DNA of 64,000 nucleotides from Thecamonas trahens ATCC 50062. Its lineage: Eukaryota > Protista > Apusomonadida. The first letter of the stretch is position 1; each line of letters begins with the position of its first letter. The notes beneath the pieces are model-generated. The model ran no database searches. It saw only the letters and a list, made by a program, of their open reading frames with translations, and was not told the origin of the DNA. The position numbers were made by a program, and so were the translations under genes. The DNA is taken from the NCBI RefSeq assembly GCF_000142905.1, contig NW_013657675.1, forward strand, positions 1 to 64,000, given 5' to 3'. This document shows positions 45,265 through 53,210 of this stretch, in pieces.

Positions 45265-46196
45265 ATGCGTGCCGACGCCGCTGCGGGCGCCCTCTCTGCC
45301 CGCTGGTGCTTCCTCTTCAATGATGGCTTTATTCTCGCGGCTGTGGTGAGCGTACCCAACACGCTGACGGCATCGAGGAGCCAGCTGGTGGCATGGCTGG
45401 CTCTGGGCGCCACCTCTATCTGTCTCTACTTTGCCATTTCAATGATCGGTCCTGGCTATGTGCCCAAAGGCCGCGGGCGTCGACCTGGTGCATCTGGCGG
45501 AAGAAGGCTGTCGGATCGGGGCGGAGGGCGAGCTGATGCCGCTGGATCTCCCGATGTGGTGGATGTCGAGATGGGACGGGTCGGGAGAGGCTGATGAGCG
45601 GGCGGGAGGGCTGCTCGCGATGGTGCGAGCAGTGCCAGACAGAGCAGAAGATGCGGGTCAAGCACTGCTACAAGTGCCAGCGGTGTGTGTATCGGTTCGA
45701 TCATCATTGCTTCTGGGTCGGGGCTTGTGTCGGCGAGAAGAACCATGTCTGGTTCTACTGGTTCCTCGCCACGCAGTCGATCATGTGCATGTGGACAGCC
45801 GTGGTCTTTGCCGAGGCCTTTGTTGACGTCTCGCCCTGGCTCAACGCCAACTGGATCCAGTTGCTTGTTGTCATCGATGCCGGCGGCGTCGGCCTCCTTC
45901 CGCTCGGCCTCTGGGGCTACCACACATATCTGGTGCTCACCGGGCAGACAACGTGGGAGGATCTGCGGACACGCAAGATCGAGTACCTCCGTGGCTTTGA
46001 GCTTGTGGCGCCGTTTTCCAAGGGCGTCCTGGGCAACGTGGTCACCTTTTGCTCCTCGTGGCGCTGGTGGGCATACACTCCGGTCGAGCATCAGTACGAG
46101 GAGGCGATGGTGAAACTGGCGGCAAGCAAGGGCTCGCGCCGGGAGATCGGCGTGTGGGACAACCCGTGGAACAACAAGTACTACTCGTGCTGTTGA
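45265..46196 (+). CDS. DHHC palmitoyltransferase; frameshift ~45585
   Basis: GPGYVP, WCEQC, RVKHCYKCQRCVYRFDHHCFWVGACVGEKNH, QTTWE, PFSKGVLGN; four TM segments across the two ORFs. Confidence 0.92.
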
Positions 46197-46240
46197 CGGA
46201 GCCCCTCGTCTCTTCCCTCTCCGTGCCGCTGTGTCGGCGG

Positions 46241-47476
46241 CTAGTGCCGAACTCGCGAATGCTTGGTCTCGTGCTTGAGGATGACGCTCTGGACAATGAC
46301 GACAACGCCGGTGGCAAAGAGCACGCCGCCGATGAGAAAGTTGAGGGTGATCTTGGAGACCCGGAGGGCGGCGATGGTGCCGACGGCAAGACCAACGACA
46401 GTGCCGATGACCATGGCTGCAATCGGCTTCCACACCACGTCGCCATCGACGCGGTCAGCCCAGCCGGCCATGACGCCAACCAGGACCAGGCCGGTGGTCA
46501 GCATGCCCGAGCCTACCGACGTCCGCAGCGGCAGTCGGAAGGCGTAGCCACCGGCTCCGGCGAACAACATGCCGCCGCCGATGCCAATGAGCCCAACAAC
46601 CGTCGAGATGACCGCCGTCGCCACCGCGGCCACTGCCAGCCTCAGCGGCTGCAGCGACGGACTGGCAACTGCTTCTGTGCCGCCGAGCAGGCCTGTGCTC
46701 TCACCGCCGGCACCGGCGTCGATTTGAGCCTCGGCCCCGCCCGATTGGACCGACGAAAAGTAGCCGGGCGGAACGGCGCGCCCGGCTCCGAGGCCGGTGC
46801 CTGGAGGCAGCACGGACGGTGTGCCGGCCTTGCTCTCCCCGCCTTTTGCACGGGACGCCTTGCGCTGCAGCACGAGGCCGCGGAGGATAAAGCCGGCGGC
46901 GACAAGCAGGGCAGTGACCGGAACCGCGCCCTTGAGCAGCGACTCGTGCTTGGGCAGCAGCGTCCGCGAGACAAAAACAACAAGAACAGTTGCGATCGGA
47001 ACGCCGATGGCGGCCATGGCCAGAGCCGGGCGCAGAGCGCAGAGACCACGCGAGGCAAAGAACGCCGCGAGCAGGAACCCGTTGAGCGCATCGATGGCTA
47101 GCGAGACAAACAGCGCGTTTGCCACCGTAAAGTCAAAGCCAACCAGCAGCAGCGGGAGCACCAGGATCCATGCTGTGAACCCGATAGCGGCGCCTACAGC
47201 GTGATAAAGGTCACGAACACAACCAGCAAACCACCACACATAGTCCACACCCGGTAGTATTCCCATCAGGCCAGACCAAGACCACCAATTGAAAACAATC
47301 CGTACCGATCCCCCCCTCCCCCCACCAAGCCGCGTGTGAGTCACGCACTCGCCACCACAACCACAGCCACAACCACACCAACCACACGCTTCTGCGACCC
47401 ACGCCCACCACATACCGGCCACACCCACCACAAACCCAGCAGGGAGAAAGTAGGCAGCGAGCTGCCAAACCTGCAT
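46241..47476 (-). CDS. TauE/SafE (sulfite exporter-like, TSUP) multi-pass membrane protein; one intron
   Basis: Two repeats with Gly-rich helices (GVAG/AAIGFTAWILVLPLL; STVVGLIGIGGGMLF) and ~8-9 TM segments. Confidence 0.75.
   Translation of the reverse strand: MQVWQLAAYFLPAGFVVGVAGMWWAWVAEACGWCGCGCGCGGECVTHTRLGGGRGGSVRIVFNWWSWSGLMGILPGVDYVWWFAGCVRDLYHAVGAAIGFTAWILVLPLLLVGFDFTVANALFVSLAIDALNGFLLAAFFASRGLCALRPALAMAAIGVPIATVLVVFVSRTLLPKHESLLKGAVPVTALLVAAGFILRGLVLQRKASRAKGGESKAGTPSVLPPGTGLGAGRAVPPGYFSSVQSGGAEAQIDAGAGGESTGLLGGTEAVASPSLQPLRLAVAAVATAVISTVVGLIGIGGGMLFAGAGGYAFRLPLRTSVGSGMLTTGLVLVGVMAGWADRVDGDVVWKPIAAMVIGTVVGLAVGTIAALRVSKITLNFLIGGVLFATGVVVIVQSVILKHETKHSRVRH
47194..47415 (-). other. 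Spliceosomal intron, 222 nt, in frame and stop-free
   Basis: GTATGT donor and TAG acceptor; the enclosed GT-rich sequence translates as low-complexity text (CGWCGCGCG...). Confidence 0.75.
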
Positions 47477-47685
47477 GTCGTGGTCTTGGTCGTGAGGGCA
47501 GTGCAGGGCAGGGAGACTTGCGCTCAGGTGCCCGCAGAGTCAAGTAGTGCGCTCGCTCTGGACTCCCGTGGCGCCATGGCTGCAGTCTCGGACGGGCGTA
47601 CAACCATTGATCCAGGCGATGACCAGTTACAGCGCAGTTTTACTTGTGGTGGGCGCCGTCGTGTAACGGCACGCCGTCGTGCTGC

Positions 47686-48949
47686 CTAGGTGAACTCGTT
47701 GAAGAGCTCCTCGCGGGCAACGTCGTCGCCAAAGTCGACCGAGAGCGCTACGTGATGGATTGATGCGATGCCCTCGTCGAGAGACGGCTCGACGTAGTGC
47801 TTCTTGTACATGTTGTACGCGACGCCGGGGACGGCCTTGCGCTCACCGGCGGTCACCTTGGCGCGGAACTCGTTCATGTGCTGCGCCTCGGGCCGTGTGG
47901 CATCAAAGATAAAGACCCGGACTGGCGCACCAGCCGCTGCCGCCAGCTTGATGTACTCGGCCCGCGCGGACGGTGACGGATTGGTGTTGTCAACCACAAC
48001 AGGGGTGCCGGCCGCGAGCGCAGCCTTGGCCGCAGCCTTGCACTTGGCCTTGGTCCCGAGTGTGTCACGGTTGGCCCAGGCGTAGCCGGCAGGTACCAGA
48101 TGCGTGGTAGCAAAGTGCGACTTGCCCGAGCCGGGCAGGCCGACAAGAAGAATCATCTCAAAGGTCGGCGGCGAGGCGACAAAGGCGCTGCCGGTCAGCG
48201 GCGGTGTGATCACCGGCGGGCCACGCGGGATGTTCTTGGGATCGATCCCGCCCACTCGAACGGCACCGCCGGCTGGTCGAGGAAGAACTCTTCGGGCGTG
48301 AAGAACGGCAGTTTGACGTTGTACGCAAACTTGCGGTCCGAGCAGGAAAAGTCCTTCTTGCGGCCCTTGGCCCATCCGGCCGCCCGTCCGGCGCCGTCGC
48401 CCACGTACAGCGAGTGCTCGACGTCGACCTTCAGCCCGCCATTGTACCGCTCCTCCAGCAGCTTAAACATGCCTGTTGCTGGCTTGCGGTACTCATCCTT
48501 GTCAGTCGCCGCAAAGACCTGGATGGGAACACCGAGCCCGCTGAAGATGGCCTTGATCTTGCCCTGCAGCCCGCTTGCTGTCACCTTGCCCTTAGCCACC
48601 CCGTTCTGGTTGGTGAAAAGCACCAGCTTGTAGCCCTGCGCCACCAAGTCGTTCAGCTTGGGCCCGACCTCTGGATAGAGAATGCGCCAGTCGCTGGTGT
48701 CGCGAGCAAAGGTCCGTCCCGACGCCGTCGTAATGATGGTCGAGTCCATGTCAAAGGCCGCGATACGGGTCGACGGCGCCACGCTCTGCCCGTTGCCCAC
48801 CAGCACTGTCGCCACCTCCTCCCACTCCCAATCGGCGTGCCCACCTCTGCCATCCGACGAGCCGCTTGCCGCAGCAGTGCCCCCACCAGCGGCCGCAGCA
48901 AAGATCGGCGCCAGTCGCTTGTGCTTCTTGGCCGGCGACGGCCCAGCAC

Positions 48950-48992
<43 letters not shown>

Positions 48993-49079
48993 GTCACTCT
49001 CACTGCGCTCACGCTTCTTCCCCAGAGCAACCTTGTTCGAGCTCAACACCTCGTCTGTACCAATTTCACTCGCAGCCAT
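47686..49079 (-). CDS. PNKP: Bifunctional polynucleotide kinase 3'-phosphatase; frameshift ~48252
   Basis: HAD phosphatase AAFDMDSTII, FTNQNG, RKPATGM, YVGDGAGR, KDFSCSDRKFA; kinase VGLPGSGKS, NRDTLG, VVDNTNP, EPSLDEG. Confidence 0.95.
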
Positions 49080-49153
49080 GATCACCACAGACCGAAGATG
49101 AGTCTGCAGTCCTGTGAGTCTTCTGTCAGGCGAGGTGCACTTGCGCCTGGCCC

Positions 49154-49711
49154 NNNNNNNNNNNNNNNNNNNNNNNNNNNNNNNNNNNNNNNNNNNNNNN
49201 NNNNNNNNNNNNNNNNNNNNNNNNNNNNNNNNNNNNNNNNNNNNNNNNNNNNNNNNNNNNNNNNNNNNNNNNNNNNNNNNNNNNNNNNNNNNNNNNNNNN
49301 NNNNNNNNNNNNNNNNNNNNNNNNNNNNNNNNNNNNNNNNNNNNNNNNNNNNNNNNNNNNNNNNNNNNNNNNNNNNNNNNNNNNNNNNNNNNNNNNNNNN
49401 NNNNNNNNNNNNNNNNNNNNNNNNNNNNNNNNNNNNNNNNNNNNNNNNNNNNNNNNNNNNNNNNNNNNNNNNNNNNNNNNNNNNNNNNNNNNNNNNNNNN
49501 NNNNNNNNNNNNNNNNNNNNNNNNNNNNNNNNNNNNNNNNNNNNNNNNNNNNNNNNNNNNNNNNNNNNNNNNNNNNNNNNNNNNNNNNNNNNNNNNNNNN
49601 NNNNNNNNNNNNNNNNNNNNNNNNNNNNNNNNNNNNNNNNNNNNNNNNNNNNNNNNNNNNNNNNNNNNNNNNNNNNNNNNNNNNNNNNNNNNNNNNNNNN
49701 NNNNNNNNNNN
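49154..49711. other. Assembly gap
   Basis: N run. Confidence 1.
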
Positions 49712-50017
49712 CCCCCCCCCACCTCCATCTGCATGGGCATCGACTCTCTTGACAAGCGCACTGGAAGCAAACACAGCCGGGGCATGATGGGCCTGGGGGG
49801 GGGGCATGTGTAACACGTGTGATAAGATCGGTTGCTGTGACGTCGGTATGTGGACAGGAAAGATGCTTGTCAGACAGTATGGACATGCATGATCTGTCTT
49901 GAGAACAAATAGCGTGCGGAAGGTGCAGCAGGTGGGGGGTGAGGAGGGGCGAGTTCCCCAGGCTGCGCCAGGGCTATCCACTACGAACACACATCTCCAC
50001 CACCGCAAATACCACGC

Positions 50018-50802
50018 ATGTGCTGCGACAGGATGTGTTCGTGTATTAAGTCTGCCGACGTGTGGAAGAGCAAGGCGGTGGTGGGATTTGTCTGCATGTT
50101 TGCGGTCATGGCGGCGCTGGTGTACGGCCTGGTCATCGGGTTGTGGGCGTCCAAGGAGATGGCCGTGGTCAACTACAAGCAAGCCGACTGCTTGGTGACC
50201 GGCAAGGAGCAGCAGAGGAAGATCTGCAACCGGACGTACTGCTACCGTGCTGCTGTCTATGTTGATCTCCACGCAACATCGTTCAACATCTCGACCGTCA
50301 TCTACAACACCGTCACAGGCTCTTGGTCGCACTCGACGTACTACCGATACCTGGCCCGGTTTGTCATTGGCAACTGGTATACCTGCTACTACAACCCACA
50401 CGACCCCTACACTGCCTCCTGGAGCAACAAGATGCCGCTGGGCCGCTCCTAGCCACCATCTTCCTCGCCATCCTCCCGCTCACCGCCGTTTGTGCCTGCG
50501 CACGCATCTTAATCGCATGCTGCTGCCAGGACGACTGGGATGACTCGTGCGCTGCCCCGCCGTGCTGCCGTCGCTCGCGTTCGAGCCGCAGGAGCTCGTA
50601 CTCGAACCTGCTCACCGGGAGCTCGATTGACGCCACCCCTCCGCGAACGCCGGCCCCCTCCTCTGCCTACGGAGCGACGGCGCCACCAATGCGTTCCGCA
50701 CCCCCCGTTGCCACCCAGCCCTGGCCAGCCCCCAACGCGCATGTCCAGGCCCCGCCGCCGTACTCGTACGTGGCGAGCCACAAAGACGAGTTCGCGGCGT
50801 GA
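50018..50802 (+). CDS. Two-TM protein with Cys-rich extracellular loop (KCNMB/TipE-like pattern) and C-terminal PPPY; frameshift ~50442
   Basis: TM1 VVGFVCMFAVMAALVYGLVIGLW; loop ADCLV..C...C..AVYV...GNWYTCYYNPHDP with N-glycosylation sequons; TM2 LLATIFLAILPLTAVCAC in the -1 frame. Confidence 0.65.
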
Positions 50803-50818
50803 GGGTCAGGCCGCGCAT

Positions 50819-50825
50819 AAAAAAA
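50819..50825 (-). terminator. RNA polymerase III T-tract terminator (T7) of tRNA-Lys
   Basis: Seven A on the + strand, 4 nt downstream of the tRNA 3' end. Confidence 0.8.
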
Positions 50826-50829
50826 TCGC

Positions 50830-50903
50830 CACCGCGCACGGGGCTCGAACCCGCGACCTCGACGCTTAAAAGGCGTGCGCTCTGCCATCTGAGCTAGCGC
50901 GGC
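50830..50903 (-). tRNA. tRNA-Lys (anticodon UUU)
   Basis: GCCGCGC/GCGCGGT acceptor stem, A-box TAGCTCAGATGG, anticodon loop CTTTTAA, B-box GGTTCGAGCC, G discriminator, no encoded CCA. Confidence 0.93.
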
Positions 50904-51004
50904 TAAGACATAACATCAGAGATTTGGGAAATTTTCGGTTTATATCTCGTCCATTGCTTTGCCCTTGCAACACCACCACTCTCATCCACCCTATTACCGC
51001 CTTA

Positions 51005-52081
51005 TCACACCGACTCGCCAATGAGTGCCAGCTTGCCCCTCAGCAGAGCCAGCTGTTTCTCCTTGGCCGCCAGTTCCGCGCGCAGCAGCTCTCCTAGAGT
51101 CCGATATCTGGCCTCTACGGCCTCAAACTCGCTCGCATCTACCATAGCCATGCTGCTCAAAAGCTGCACCTCCCGTACAACGGCGGCCGGCCCCGGATCA
51201 TGCTTGACAGCCTCCAACTCGTCCTCGAGCTCCGCGATGCGCGCCTCGTACAGCGCGGCAATGTCGAAAATCCGCCGACGTAGCAATCGAACGTCTCCAC
51301 CGCGGCGACCAGAGTCCGGCGCATGTGGCGTCTCGCCCAGATGACTCTGCACGGCGTACGCGAGCGCGGCACCTCCCACTCCATGCTCTGTTGCCACAAC
51401 CTCGGCTCGTTGCGCATCATCGTCCCGATAGTTGGCAGTAAGGACGGGGTGCGGGAGCGCGTCGAGCCGCGGCCTGCTGTCGTCGCCCACAAGCGTGGTC
51501 ACAGCCTCGACGGCGCGGACAAGCACCTGCCACACCCGTCGGCCCTGTTCGCCGTCCGAGTACACCGGGACAGCAGAGAGCAGCGCCAGTGCCGAGCTTG
51601 CCGGTGCCCGCCACGGCGATCCACGGGTTCGTATCTCGAGCTCGTCCATGGCACGGACCAGCGGATCGGCCGCCGGCCGCTTGCGGCTCCGCTGCGCAGC
51701 ATCACCGTCGGCGGGTGCAACAGGATTGACCCGCACTATCTCGGGCTCCCATCGCGTCCCGAGCGAAGAGACTGACGAGGCCGAAATCGGTGCCGCCGCC
51801 GCCTCGAGTGCTGCCATCAGCGCCTGATACCTGTTCTTCGACCCAGTCTCTGACACCGAACCATCGAGCTCTGCCGCACCAACGTAAGCACCCGCCGTAT
51901 CCAGTTGATGCGGCAGCCGCTGCAGCTCGTCCCTCAACGAGAACGCCAGCGACGATGCGTTCGACAGCTGATCAAAGAGCACATGCCGCGCAGCCGTCCG
52001 CGGCGACAGCAGCGACGAGCTTGACGAGCCGCCAGCCACCCCCTGTCCGCCGCCATAGCCGTAGCCATAGTCATACGCCAT
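51005..52081 (-). CDS. Hypothetical protein with C-terminal coiled coil
   Basis: Starts MAYDYGYGYGGG; ends with heptads YEARIAELEDELEAVK...LRAELAAKEKQLALLRGKL. Confidence 0.6.
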   Translation of the reverse strand: MAYDYGYGYGGGQGVAGGSSSSSLLSPRTAARHVLFDQLSNASSLAFSLRDELQRLPHQLDTAGAYVGAAELDGSVSETGSKNRYQALMAALEAAAAPISASSVSSLGTRWEPEIVRVNPVAPADGDAAQRSRKRPAADPLVRAMDELEIRTRGSPWRAPASSALALLSAVPVYSDGEQGRRVWQVLVRAVEAVTTLVGDDSRPRLDALPHPVLTANYRDDDAQRAEVVATEHGVGGAALAYAVQSHLGETPHAPDSGRRGGDVRLLRRRIFDIAALYEARIAELEDELEAVKHDPGPAAVVREVQLLSSMAMVDASEFEAVEARYRTLGELLRAELAAKEKQLALLRGKLALIGESV

Positions 52082-52381
52082 AACACCCCTGGCTCTATGT
52101 CTTACACGCACACACACGTAAACACAAACACGCGGGCTCTGACTCGTGCTGCCGCCAAGCCCTCTCCGCCCCGCTTGCGTCCACCGGTCAGTGAGCTGGG
52201 TGTCGGGCCGCCCCGCCGCGCGCGCTCTTCCCAACTCGGATGACCACCCATCCGGCAATGCCTAGCTACCCTTTCTGTTGCATCTCTTTCCTCGCTCACA
52301 TGGTTCACTTGGTCGACAACCATTCACTCCGCGCCGTCGCTTCATCGCAGCACCGTGCGCTTGGATCACCACCGCCAGCCA

Positions 52382-53065
52382 TCAGCTCGGTGACTGGGCC
52401 TCGAGCTGGGCGAGCTCCGACTCGAGCGCCATGCGCTCCATGACAACTTTCTTGGCCTGCTCACTGTACATCGCGTGCATCCGGTTGATGAGCGCACGCT
52501 CCTCGGCAAGGTCGGCGAGGAGCTCCTGCTTGGAGCGCGGAGCAAAGCCCGAGGCGCCAAGGCCCGCGCTTGAGATCTTGAGCGCCTCTTCAGCGTTCTC
52601 CTCGTCCTCCTCGCCGCCAGCGAGTCTTAGCAACATCGCTGCATCTCCCCTCACCGCCCGAAGACGCTCTTCCTCAGCCGCTGACAGTAGCGGCATGTCC
52701 ATATCAAACGCCATCCGTCCCAGCGGCTCCAGACACGTCTCGGTCTCGGTCTCGGCCTCGGCCTTGGCTTCGGCCATCGCGGTCTCAGTCTCAGTCCCAG
52801 CTGAGCCGATCGTTCTCTCGCTACTCCCTCCGTTGCCAGCTCCAGCTCCGCCAGCTCCGCCTCCAGTAGCGTGAGCTCGACTCGGGCTTGCTAGCTCTGC
52901 CTCAATCTCCATCTCCAGCACAGCCTCGGCTCGGCGCCGACGGGCGCCCTCGCTCCCGCTCTCGCTCTCGCCCCTTGCGGCCAGGCTCGGACCCGACTCG
53001 CTCGCACCAGAGACCGGTGGGGCAAAGAGCCCCACGGCGACAGTCGGCACAGGCGGGCGGTCCAT
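52382..53065 (-). CDS. Hypothetical acidic protein with C-terminal coiled coil
   Basis: ATG 53065 (MDRPPVPT...), ending KVVMERMALESELAQLEAQSPS; the upstream part of the listed ORF overlaps the neighbouring gene. Confidence 0.55.
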   Translation of the reverse strand: MDRPPVPTVAVGLFAPPVSGASESGPSLAARGESESGSEGARRRRAEAVLEMEIEAELASPSRAHATGGGAGGAGAGNGGSSERTIGSAGTETETAMAEAKAEAETETETCLEPLGRMAFDMDMPLLSAAEEERLRAVRGDAAMLLRLAGGEEDEENAEEALKISSAGLGASGFAPRSKQELLADLAEERALINRMHAMYSEQAKKVVMERMALESELAQLEAQSPS

Positions 53066-53210
53066 ATCCCCGCACCAGTAAGCCACTCGCACGAGAGTGA
53101 GGTGGTGTGTCCTCGACCCCGTCTCCACCTCCACCCGCTCGTCGTGCTGCTTGCGCAACCACTGCCTGCTTCTCGCGCGACACTCGTACTCACTTGGCCT
53201 CCAAGAGTCT

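Noticed and set aside
45592-45596. TGATG stop-start overlap suggesting translational coupling in the DHHC gene
   Set aside because: Both halves are needed for one four-TM DHHC enzyme; a single missing base explains it.
4551-50802. Pseudogene calls for frameshifted genes
   Set aside because: URB1, PNKP, HPS1 and the DHHC enzyme keep all motifs and codon bias on both sides of each shift, with no premature stops.
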